Shown here piece by piece: positions 42,328 through 50,777 of a stretch of 57,048 bases of DNA. The notes under the pieces were generated by a model, which was given only the letters and a program-made list of their open reading frames with translations, was not told where the DNA came from and searched no databases. The DNA lies in IMG/VR virus record IMGVR_UViG_3300046820_001085, positions 1 to 57,048 of that record; one strand, written 5' to 3'. Every line of letters starts with the position of its first letter. The first letter of the stretch is position 1. This DNA is from a virus. Lineage: Duplodnaviria; Caudoviricetes. Both the position numbers and the translations under genes were made by a program.

Positions 42328-43785
42328 ATGCCAGGAATAACAAGACTAGAAATTAAAGACGAAGTAAATGTAAAGTTCCATGAACTGGATGCTAGTACAA
42401 GACGTCGTTGTGAGTCCAAATTAAAATACCAGTTGCCGTATGCTTACCACGTGCCTGCTTTCCGTTTAGGAAGGTGGGATGGTAAGATTGGATTTTTTAC
42501 TACTGCTGGAGCCACTTATATTAACTTACTGGATAGGATACTGCCTATCTTAGATGAGGAAGGTTGGCAAATTGAAATCGATGATCAAAGACAACAGCAC
42601 AATCTTAATTTTACAGAAGTTACCGAGGATACGTTTAGTCACATACTTTGGCCTAAAGGACACCCAGCAGAAGGTCAGCCAATTAAGATCCGTGACTACC
42701 AAGTAGAGTGTATCAATCGTTATCTTGCTAACCCGCATGGCGTCCAGGAAATTGCCACAGGCGCAGGTAAAACACTAATGACAGCGGCCATGAGTTTAAC
42801 ATGTGAGCCGTTTGGACGTACACTTGTTATTGTACCTAACAAAGACTTGGTTAGACAAACACATGCTGACTATGTTAACATGGGTCTGGATGTTGGTGTG
42901 TACTTTGGTGATGAGAAAGATCTAGGACATACACATACTATTGCAACATGGCAAAGTATTAACACACTTATCAAGAGACACAAGGAAGGTCTTAGTGAAA
43001 TAGGCATTGATGCTATTGTAGATGGTCTGGTTGCAGTTATTGTTGACGAAGTACACATGGCCAAGGCAGATGTGTTACGTACAATGCTAACTGGCCCGTT
43101 CGCACATATCCCAATTCGTTGGGGACTAACAGGTACTATCCCAAAAGAAGAACACGAGTACATTAGTTTGTTAGCATGTTTGGGTCCTGTGCTACACAGA
43201 CTACAGGCAAGCGAACTTCAGGACATAGGTGTTCTTTCTAACTGCCATGTCAAGGTATTACAGTTTGATGATAAAGTTGAATACAAAACTTATCAAGAGG
43301 AACTAACATACCTAACATCAAATGAAAAGCGCATGGACGAGCTTTCCAAAACAATTGATGCTATTAGTAAAACAGGCAATACACTTGTGCTAGTTGATCG
43401 TATTGCTTCGGGCAAGATGCTGGTTGAACGATTGCCAGAGAGTGTATTTGTTAGCGGCGCAATGAAAAGTAAAGACAGAAAAGACGAGTACGATGAAGTT
43501 ACCACTGCTGACAATAAAGTCATTGTAGCAACATATGGCGTGGCTGCTGTGGGTATTAACATTCCACGTATTTTTAATTTGGTTTTAGTAGAACCTGGCA
43601 AGAGCTTTGTGCGAGTAATTCAAAGTATTGGCCGAGGCATCAGGAAAGCACAAGACAAAGACTTTGTCCAAATATGGGACATAACAAGTACAGCAAAGTT
43701 TGCTAAACGGCATTTAGCCAAGCGCAAGAAGTTTTACGAAGAAGCAAACTATCCTTACCAAACAGAAAAGGTAATTTATAAATGA
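42328..43785 (+). CDS. uvsW: SF2 DNA helicase, UvsW-like
   Basis: RDYQ, ATGAGKT, DEVH, GLTGT, GINIP, QSIGRGIR. Start reassigned to the ATG at 42328, 7 nt after TGnTATTAT. Confidence 0.9.
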   Translation: MPGITRLEIKDEVNVKFHELDASTRRRCESKLKYQLPYAYHVPAFRLGRWDGKIGFFTTAGATYINLLDRILPILDEEGWQIEIDDQRQQHNLNFTEVTEDTFSHILWPKGHPAEGQPIKIRDYQVECINRYLANPHGVQEIATGAGKTLMTAAMSLTCEPFGRTLVIVPNKDLVRQTHADYVNMGLDVGVYFGDEKDLGHTHTIATWQSINTLIKRHKEGLSEIGIDAIVDGLVAVIVDEVHMAKADVLRTMLTGPFAHIPIRWGLTGTIPKEEHEYISLLACLGPVLHRLQASELQDIGVLSNCHVKVLQFDDKVEYKTYQEELTYLTSNEKRMDELSKTIDAISKTGNTLVLVDRIASGKMLVERLPESVFVSGAMKSKDRKDEYDEVTTADNKVIVATYGVAAVGINIPRIFNLVLVEPGKSFVRVIQSIGRGIRKAQDKDFVQIWDITSTAKFAKRHLAKRKKFYEEANYPYQTEKVIYK

Positions 43786-44288
43786 ACATTTTAACAGTAA
43801 ACAATCAGACATACGACTTAGATAGGTTGCCTGAGGAGATAGATGAGGATCTTCGTTACGGAGTACTAGACTACAGCAACAGTTCTGATGTTGACTATAT
43901 GTTTGTGCCATTGGTTTTCTTGGAAAGCTTCAGTTGCCCTGCGGCAGTACTACGAATAGGAAAGCATGAATTAAAGGTTCCACTGGATTGGTCACTGATC
44001 ATTGGCGAACCTGATCACGGAGAACCAGAAGTTATTAACGTAATGAGTTTGAACGACCGCGGCTTCTCGGCATTTGTGTTTAATCCCATCAATGGATACA
44101 AACCAGAGTGGCAAAAGGTTGAAGTAATCAACATCTATCAAGAAGTTAAATGGTATGTACCAAAGTTAAAGTTTGGTCATATCTTGGCTGTGCCACTTGA
44201 AAAGGGTGAGCAACCTATGTGTGCGTTCTTTCTCAAAGAGACAAATAAGATTCCAGAAGTACTTGACTTAAACAAGATTTGGTTTTAA
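43782..44288 (+). CDS. Hypothetical beta-rich protein, possibly a degenerate Hint fold
   Basis: 168 aa with an ATGA overlap with uvsW. The fold is a guess from residue pattern only. Confidence 0.6.
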   Translation: MNILTVNNQTYDLDRLPEEIDEDLRYGVLDYSNSSDVDYMFVPLVFLESFSCPAAVLRIGKHELKVPLDWSLIIGEPDHGEPEVINVMSLNDRGFSAFVFNPINGYKPEWQKVEVINIYQEVKWYVPKLKFGHILAVPLEKGEQPMCAFFLKETNKIPEVLDLNKIWF

Positions 44289-44297
44289 AATACTAGC

Positions 44298-44789
44298 ATG
44301 GCAACTAAGAAAAAAGAATCTGCTAGTGCAAAATACAAAGTTCCAATTGATCAAATTATGGCGGCAGTAGACCTCCGCAACGGAGCGTATTACTCTAAAC
44401 TTGGTGATGAGGACAAGAAAACTGTAAGTACTTACATGGCTCAGCGTTGGGCAAGTCAAGTACAAGGTACTAGGGATGTACAGGAAGAATACTTGGTTAG
44501 TGTCAATGAGTACAGTAATGTTGACTATATTGCTACCACCAGCGCACATGAAGAACTGAGATGGCGAGCTCTTGCGCTATGCGGATTAGGCTTTAAACAA
44601 CGCCACGAGTTCATCCCACCAATTGGTGTAAAGAAGGACAAGTTAACAGAGTGGTTAATTAAACAGTTCCCATCGATGAGCAATGAAGAGATTGACTTGT
44701 TTAAAACAATCAACGGCACAGATGTGTTTGAGGACATTGCTGTTTCCCAAAACATGGGTAATAAAGAACTTAAAGATTTGTTTAAATAA
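44298..44789 (+). CDS. Putative clamp-loader small subunit (gp62-like)
   Basis: The pattern YMAQRWAS...VNEYSN...H.EL.W...KQRHEFI resembles gp62-family proteins. Replication context. Confidence 0.5.
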   Translation: MATKKKESASAKYKVPIDQIMAAVDLRNGAYYSKLGDEDKKTVSTYMAQRWASQVQGTRDVQEEYLVSVNEYSNVDYIATTSAHEELRWRALALCGLGFKQRHEFIPPIGVKKDKLTEWLIKQFPSMSNEEIDLFKTINGTDVFEDIAVSQNMGNKELKDLFK

Positions 44790-45481
44790 TGACAATGGAT
44801 TATCAATGTAAATTTTGCGGTAAAGCTTTTACACGCGAACGTACCTTAAGTAGCCATATGTGTGAGAAAAAGCGCAGGTGGATGTGTAAGGACGATATGG
44901 ATAGTCGTATGGCGTTTAGTATTTGGACAGACTTTATGAAGTTTGTAAGTCCAAACACTAAGAAAGCCAAAACTGTCGAGGACTTTATACGTAGTCAGGA
45001 TTACATTGGTTTTGTAAAATTTGCTAATTACTTGATAGAGCTCAAGCCAGTTGAAAGTGACAAGTTTATACAGTGGATTTTTAAGATGGGAGTTCGATTA
45101 AGTGATTGGCAACGACCCGGGACCTATCAACTCTACGTTCAAGAAGCCGCTAAAAAAGAAACAGCTGAACGTGCTTTGGAAAGAGCCATACTCGTCATGA
45201 GAGAGTGGGGTGAGGCAACTGGACAAGACTGGCAAAAGTTTTTTAACAAGATTGCGCCTGTAACAGGAATGAACTTGATAGTCATGGGCAGAATTAGTCC
45301 ATGGATTATATATTCCACTGATGCGGCACAAACATTATTAGACAGGATGGAGCCAGGACAGGTTGATACAGTGGCAAAACATGTGGATACAGGATGGTGG
45401 ATAAAAAAACTAAAGACAAATCAGGACGAAGTCCAGTGGATCAACACCACGATGGCGCAAGCACTAGATACGCTATGCTAG
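44789..45481 (+). CDS. Hypothetical protein with an N-terminal C2H2/C2HC-like zinc finger
   Basis: YQCKFCGKAFTRERTLSSHMC, coupled by a TAATG overlap. Confidence 0.7.
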   Translation: MTMDYQCKFCGKAFTRERTLSSHMCEKKRRWMCKDDMDSRMAFSIWTDFMKFVSPNTKKAKTVEDFIRSQDYIGFVKFANYLIELKPVESDKFIQWIFKMGVRLSDWQRPGTYQLYVQEAAKKETAERALERAILVMREWGEATGQDWQKFFNKIAPVTGMNLIVMGRISPWIIYSTDAAQTLLDRMEPGQVDTVAKHVDTGWWIKKLKTNQDEVQWINTTMAQALDTLC

Positions 45482-45597
45482 AAGCACGCCTAGCAGAGTT
45501 TATTTCTAAGTTTGACACCATGGCAGATGAGATGTCTGATATTAAGAAACAACAGGCCGACTTGATTGAGTTTGTTAAACAACAATTTAAAAAATGA
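45394..45597 (+). CDS. Small coiled-coil protein (start uncertain, may be 45475)
   Basis: Bridges the zinc-finger gene and the polymerase-like gene (ATGA overlap at 45594). Confidence 0.4.
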   Translation: MVDKKTKDKSGRSPVDQHHDGASTRYAMLEARLAEFISKFDTMADEMSDIKKQQADLIEFVKQQFKK

Positions 45598-46181
45598 ATT
45601 TACCTGACGTTGATATTGACTTTGCTGACAGAGAACAAGTTCTAAGATTATTAAATCATGTTCCTGCATTGCAGGCAATGCCCAACGGCACAAAGCAAAA
45701 GCACAAGACAGGGGTGTACTTTCATCCAGTACCAGTTAATCCCTTTACAGGTTGGTGTGATGTTGATTATCAACATGCAGAAGAGTTGGGATTCTTTAAA
45801 GTTGACTTACTCAATGTAAGTTTGTACCAACGTGTACAGAGCAAAGAACATCTTACACGTTTAGCTGATCAGGAGCCATTATGGGACTTACTTCAACAGG
45901 ACGACTTTGTAAATCTGTTATTTCATTTGAACGGGCACGGGGATATACTGAGGAAGACTTGCCCTACTTCCGTGGAACAATTATCTGCCGTCCTTGCTAT
46001 GATTCGCCCCGCCAAGAGATACTTGATTGGGAAGCCTTGGACGACGATTATGAAGGAAGTATGGAAGAAACCAGAGAATGGCGAGTACTACTTTAAGAAG
46101 AGTCATGCCACAGCTTATGCAGTTGCCATTGTGGCACAGATGAATTTGATCTGCGAACAGATCAGCTACGGATACAGTTAA
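45594..46181 (+). CDS. Miniature DNA polymerase III alpha (DnaE, family C)-like protein with palm and finger motifs only
   Basis: PDVDIDF, KHKTGVY, GFFKVDLL, AVLAMIRP and YYFKKSHATAYA occur in DnaE order within 195 aa. Confidence 0.8.
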   Translation: MNLPDVDIDFADREQVLRLLNHVPALQAMPNGTKQKHKTGVYFHPVPVNPFTGWCDVDYQHAEELGFFKVDLLNVSLYQRVQSKEHLTRLADQEPLWDLLQQDDFVNLLFHLNGHGDILRKTCPTSVEQLSAVLAMIRPAKRYLIGKPWTTIMKEVWKKPENGEYYFKKSHATAYAVAIVAQMNLICEQISYGYS

Positions 46182-46552
46182 TTCATTTTACGCACTAGAC
46201 TAATTTGTCTGCGTTTGGTGCGTTTAGTGATAACATTGGTCAAGCTAGTTTGGTGTCCGTGTAGTACTTCAAAATCTTTGGTACTGTAAGTTTTAAGAGT
46301 ATACACAAATCTACGCATTGGTTCTTTTAGAACAATGTTAATTGGTATCAAACGGTTAGAACCCCACCACCATTCCTCGCCCATTTCGACGAATAGCATC
46401 TTGTCCGTTTCATCCTTGAGTAAGTTATAAACATACATAGTGACAACTACAGCATCACTATTTTGTATGATTCCTACCAATTCATTTTCCCCATAACGCA
46501 CCAAACTCATGAACGGGAAGCGTTCTAGGAATTCTTTTACTTTATTATCCAT
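46178..46552 (-). CDS. Hypothetical protein
   Basis: 124 aa with a WWWGSNRLIPIN motif. TAAGTA box 6 nt before the ATG. Confidence 0.7.
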   Translation of the reverse strand: MDNKVKEFLERFPFMSLVRYGENELVGIIQNSDAVVVTMYVYNLLKDETDKMLFVEMGEEWWWGSNRLIPINIVLKEPMRRFVYTLKTYSTKDFEVLHGHQTSLTNVITKRTKRRQISLVRKMN

Positions 46553-46598
46553 TGCTTTTACTTAGCATCGTAAAGATCCAGCTGTGCTAAATAATGCT

Positions 46599-47402
46599 AT
46601 GGCAACATTAAACTTATCTATTCCTTCAGCTACCTTAAACTATGCAGGTGCAGGCACTGGTCCTAGCACTACAAGACAGGTTGCAAGCTACACCGACCAA
46701 CGTATTGTTTGGTTTAAAGGCGTTGACAATATACTTGATATTAGTATTATTGGCACTGATCGTAGACCAGTTAGCTTACTTCGTAGGGAAGTTACACTAA
46801 CCATGTGGGATAGAACAACAGGTAGCACTATTTTCCGTAGACGTGTTATCCCAACAATTGCTGAAAACGGACAAGCCCGCTTAACTGTATTTGCTCGTGA
46901 TTTGATGACTCTGGGAAGTGGTATCTATTCTTTGGGTGCAACATTTGTCAATGCTGAAGGTTTAGAAACAGCGTTAACCTGGAACCGTGCTATGCAAGGT
47001 GCGTTTGATGTAGAAGTAAAAGATGCAGTTGTTCCGACCAGCAGAGCAACAGCCGAAATTACAGAATACCTTCAAACGCAGACCGCTGGCACATGGATAT
47101 CAACATCAATGAATGGTCCGCAGTTCTTTAAAAAGGACAGCTCATTGTTTACAGTTGGTGTTTATGCCAGCAATTGGACAGGAAGTATTGTTGTACAAGG
47201 TACAATGGACGAGTCTATTGCTACTTCTACACTATGGGCTGACCTAAAGCCCCAAGACTACACCACAGCCAAATTAGACTTTAATGGATACACTGGCATA
47301 GACCCATACAACTATTATGGTGGTGTTCGTTGGTTGCGAATCAAACGCATAGATAACCTATCCAACGCAGGTACTCTTGACAAAGTTGTTGTAAGAGTGT
47401 AA
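46599..47402 (+). CDS. Late beta-rich protein, probably structural
   Basis: Start reassigned to the ATG at 46599, 5 nt after TAAATA. Ends in GTLDKVVVR. Confidence 0.65.
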   Translation: MATLNLSIPSATLNYAGAGTGPSTTRQVASYTDQRIVWFKGVDNILDISIIGTDRRPVSLLRREVTLTMWDRTTGSTIFRRRVIPTIAENGQARLTVFARDLMTLGSGIYSLGATFVNAEGLETALTWNRAMQGAFDVEVKDAVVPTSRATAEITEYLQTQTAGTWISTSMNGPQFFKKDSSLFTVGVYASNWTGSIVVQGTMDESIATSTLWADLKPQDYTTAKLDFNGYTGIDPYNYYGGVRWLRIKRIDNLSNAGTLDKVVVRV

Positions 47403-47405
47403 ACT
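47377..47405 (+). promoter_or_regulatory. Sigma70-type promoter for primase/helicase
   Basis: TTGACA-17-TAAACT inside the 3' end of the upstream gene. Confidence 0.7.
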
Positions 47406-47414
47406 GTACTCTAT

Positions 47415-48383
47415 ATGAGTATAGTTGAGACAACGTTACGGGCACACCTGCCTGCATTAAAATCAAACACAAACGGTTGGCTGACTATGAATTGCCCTAT
47501 GTGCATTCAAAATGGGCAAGCACGACCAGATACAAAGCATCGTGGTGGCATTAAGTTTGAACAGGATCGTGTAGGCTACCATTGTTTTAATTGCGGCTAT
47601 ACTACAGGATGGCGCCCGGGACAAAGGCTAGGTATCAAACTTATTAAGTTAATGCGTGTGCTAGGCATTGATGAAGGAGATATCCAACGTTTAAAAATAC
47701 AACTATGGGACCAAGTAGTTGAAGATGAAACGTTTGTAGTGGAGCCTTACAAAAAACCAGAATGGCCAGAAATAACTTGGCCATGGACCGTAAGAGATTT
47801 AAACTTAGAAGCCGCAGAGTATCTTGACAGCAGAGGTGTGTTAGAACTAAGCGACTGGTATACTAGTGCAAGCCCTATACAAGGTATGGACAATCGTGTT
47901 ATACTACCTTACATGAGTGATGGCAAGATTGTAGGATACACAGCACGTTGGATTGGTGATGTACCGGATAAGAAAACAGCAAAGATGGTCACAAGCAGAC
48001 CACCAAGCTTTGTATTCAATTTAGATCATCAAAGTCAATATCGCAAGTACACAATCGTAACAGAAGGCGAATATGATGCACTAACACTAGATGGTGTTGC
48101 GGTTATGACCAACAGCATCAGTCCAGAGCAAGCAAAGATTATTGAAGACATTGATAACGAACCAGTGGTACTACCAGACAAAGATCGAGCTGGCATGACA
48201 TTGGCATTGCAAGCGGCAGAATTGGGTTGGAGTGTTGCCTTTCCAGATTGGCCAGATGGAGTTAAGGATGCCAACGATGCGGCACAGCAGTTTGGAAGAG
48301 TTGCTACACTACAAAGTGTGTTATCGGCGATTGAGAGCTCACCATTAAAGATTAAATTATTAGCAAGGCGATGGTGTGTATAA
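47415..48383 (+). CDS. DNA primase, gp61-like
   Basis: Zinc ribbon CPMC...HCFNC, GYTAR, and TOPRIM motifs TEGEYDA, PDKD, KDAND. Confidence 0.9.
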   Translation: MSIVETTLRAHLPALKSNTNGWLTMNCPMCIQNGQARPDTKHRGGIKFEQDRVGYHCFNCGYTTGWRPGQRLGIKLIKLMRVLGIDEGDIQRLKIQLWDQVVEDETFVVEPYKKPEWPEITWPWTVRDLNLEAAEYLDSRGVLELSDWYTSASPIQGMDNRVILPYMSDGKIVGYTARWIGDVPDKKTAKMVTSRPPSFVFNLDHQSQYRKYTIVTEGEYDALTLDGVAVMTNSISPEQAKIIEDIDNEPVVLPDKDRAGMTLALQAAELGWSVAFPDWPDGVKDANDAAQQFGRVATLQSVLSAIESSPLKIKLLARRWCV

Positions 48384-48573
48384 AGTAAAGGTAGTCTGGC
48401 GGCTAGGACAAGACTCCAGTGAATGGTGGAACCAAGTTTGCATTTGGGCAATAGAAGAATTTGGATTACCAGGCAACAAGTATAAAACAGAACTAACAGA
48501 AGATTATATGATTTTTAATTTTGAAGAACAAGAAAATGCCGCCATAATGGCCTTGCGATGGGGGAATAATTAA
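48376..48573 (+). CDS. Small hypothetical protein
   Basis: 65 aa coupled between primase and helicase, with the pattern W...FG...F.....A....LRW. Confidence 0.65.
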   Translation: MYKVKVVWRLGQDSSEWWNQVCIWAIEEFGLPGNKYKTELTEDYMIFNFEEQENAAIMALRWGNN

Positions 48574-50048
48574 TGGATAAAGAATATAGTGTAAGTACGC
48601 AAACCTTGTACTTGCAGTTTCTAATTAGCAGTAGAGACTTAGCGGCAAGATGTAATAACATTTTGGATCCTGATCACTTTGATAGACGTATTAGGAAAGC
48701 CGCTGAGTTTATTAAAGACTATGTTAGCCAACATGGTGATATTCCAGATCCACTGCAAATTAAAGCAGTTGGCGGAGTTGATATTGAAAACATTGGACCC
48801 ACAGCCACACAACATAGCGCATGGTTCTTGGAAGAGTTTGAAAAGTTCTCAAGATACAAAGCATTAGAAAAAGCTATCTTGACAAGCTCGGATATGCTAG
48901 AGAAGCACGAGTATGGTGCAGTTGAGAAGTTAATTAAAGATGCAGTACAAGTTGGATTGCCAAAGACATTTGGTACAGACTACTTTGCAGATCCGGTAGC
49001 ACGCCTTAAAGCAATTAGAGACAACAATGGACAAGTGTCTACAGGCTGGAAAGACTTAGATGACAAACTATACGGTGGCTTTAACAAAGGTGAGCTAAAC
49101 ATTTTTGCTGGAGCATCTGGTGCAGGTAAAAGTTTGTTCTTGCAGAACTTGGCATTGAACTGGGCACAAGCAGGCATGAACACAGTTTACTTTAGTTTAG
49201 AACTTAGCGAGTTGTTGTGTAGTCAGCGTATGGATGCTATGTTAACTGACATGAGCACACGTGACTTGTACAAGCGACTAGATGAAGTTGAGCTCAAGGT
49301 TAAGTCTGCAGGTAAGAAGGGCGGCCTGCTACAAATTGTTCAACTTACCAATGGTATTACAGCCAACGATGTGTTGGCTTGGGTGCGTGAATTCCAAACA
49401 CAACGCAACATTAAAGTGGATGCTATCTTGGTCGACTACTTGGACTTGATGATGCCAGCAAGTCAAAAGATCAGTGTAAGTGACATGTTTGTCAAGGACA
49501 AGTTGGTAGCAGAAGAATTGCGTAACTTGGTTGTAAGCGAACATCTATTATTAGCAACCGCGTCACAGTTAAATCGTAGTGCTGTAGAAAGTGTAGAGTT
49601 TGACCACTCTATGATTGCAGGCGGCTTGAGTAAGATTCAAACAGCTGACAACGTGTTTGGTATCTACAGTACTCCCAGCATGAAAGAACGTGGCACAGTT
49701 CAAATCCAGTTTATGAAAACTCGTTCAAGTTCGGGTGTAGGACAAAAGATTGATTTGAGCTTTAATCCAGATACAATGCGTATCTCTAACTCAGTTGACA
49801 GCGGTGGCAGCACTACAACAAGTACTAAAGATTTGTATAGTAAGATTAGTAGAACAAGCAATATGGGCACAAGTGTTGCAACGCCAACAAGCAGTGGCCC
49901 AACGTCTTGGGAAAAGCCTCAGGCAAAAGAAGGGTTTGATATATCAAAACCAAATTCTGGATTGCCCACAGAAAAGCCCTCAAGTGCTCCAGTTGCTACT
50001 AATGCTAACAGAAACGCCTTAAGGGCTATTGTAAGTAGAGATCTTTAA
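48573..50048 (+). CDS. Replicative DnaB-like helicase, gp41-like
   Basis: STGWKDLD, GASGAGKS, FSLEL, VDYLDLM, TASQLNR, MKTR. Confidence 0.93.
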   Translation: MDKEYSVSTQTLYLQFLISSRDLAARCNNILDPDHFDRRIRKAAEFIKDYVSQHGDIPDPLQIKAVGGVDIENIGPTATQHSAWFLEEFEKFSRYKALEKAILTSSDMLEKHEYGAVEKLIKDAVQVGLPKTFGTDYFADPVARLKAIRDNNGQVSTGWKDLDDKLYGGFNKGELNIFAGASGAGKSLFLQNLALNWAQAGMNTVYFSLELSELLCSQRMDAMLTDMSTRDLYKRLDEVELKVKSAGKKGGLLQIVQLTNGITANDVLAWVREFQTQRNIKVDAILVDYLDLMMPASQKISVSDMFVKDKLVAEELRNLVVSEHLLLATASQLNRSAVESVEFDHSMIAGGLSKIQTADNVFGIYSTPSMKERGTVQIQFMKTRSSSGVGQKIDLSFNPDTMRISNSVDSGGSTTTSTKDLYSKISRTSNMGTSVATPTSSGPTSWEKPQAKEGFDISKPNSGLPTEKPSSAPVATNANRNALRAIVSRDL

Positions 50049-50477
50049 TTACTTTGGTTCGTATTCAATGTTTGGATTAACATCGGCAGCAATGTTTTTA
50101 TTATTAACTGGTTTTAATCCGACTGTGGCATCGTTATCGGGTGCATCGGCAAAGTCAGCAATATCATTGCGTAAACGACTCATTAATGAGCTATCACCTA
50201 CAATAATATCTGCCATGCTTACAAAAGCAGAAGTAATTAACTTTGCTTCGCTTGCTGTAACTGGCTGTTCAGTTGCAATTTTATTTAAAACCATCATAAA
50301 ACGGCTTTGCATATCTTTGTCAACTAACGAACGTAGTGTTACTTTTAAGCGACTTAACTCGCTAGATGTAATATCTGCGTCAGGTTCGCCAGTGTCTACG
50401 CGAGTATCGTACTCGCTAATTTGCTGTAATTTATTAGCCAAGTTTCTTAAATCTTGGGCGCTTGGGGAAAGTTGCAT
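50049..50477 (-). CDS. Hypothetical late protein
   Basis: 142 aa with an AGGAG RBS and TAAATA at 50507-50502. Confidence 0.7.
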   Translation of the reverse strand: MQLSPSAQDLRNLANKLQQISEYDTRVDTGEPDADITSSELSRLKVTLRSLVDKDMQSRFMMVLNKIATEQPVTASEAKLITSAFVSMADIIVGDSSLMSRLRNDIADFADAPDNDATVGLKPVNNKNIAADVNPNIEYEPK

Positions 50478-50501
50478 TTTTCTTCTTGCTCCTGTTGAGA
50501 C

Positions 50502-50517
50502 TATTTATTCATAAATA
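50502..50517. promoter_or_regulatory. Back-to-back divergent late promoter boxes
   Basis: TATTTA-TTCA-TAAATA between divergent genes. Confidence 0.6.
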
Positions 50518-50525
50518 TAATTATC

Positions 50526-50777
50526 ATGCGTAAACAAACCCGTAGTATACTTGACGAAATTACCGGATTGGTGCCAAAACAAGACAAGCACCTTTTAGTT
50601 GAAGGCTTGGCTACACAAGCTATAGCCCGTGTAATTAATCTGGTAGAAGTTATCCAGCAGAATTATCCCTCTCATCAAGCAGATGAGTTAGTTAGACGCC
50701 TACAGTTAGCTATTAAAAACGGTGATCCTGCCAAGTTTACCCGTGGAGTAAGATCCATTAAGGAAAACGAGCAGTGA
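50526..50777 (+). CDS. Hypothetical protein
   Basis: 83 aa, first gene after the late box. Confidence 0.7.
   Translation: MRKQTRSILDEITGLVPKQDKHLLVEGLATQAIARVINLVEVIQQNYPSHQADELVRRLQLAIKNGDPAKFTRGVRSIKENEQ

Noticed and set aside
31154-50048. Inteins or introns in terminase, UvsX, UvsW, primase or helicase
   Set aside because: The proteins are of normal length with contiguous motifs, and no C...HN insertions or homing endonuclease motifs are seen.
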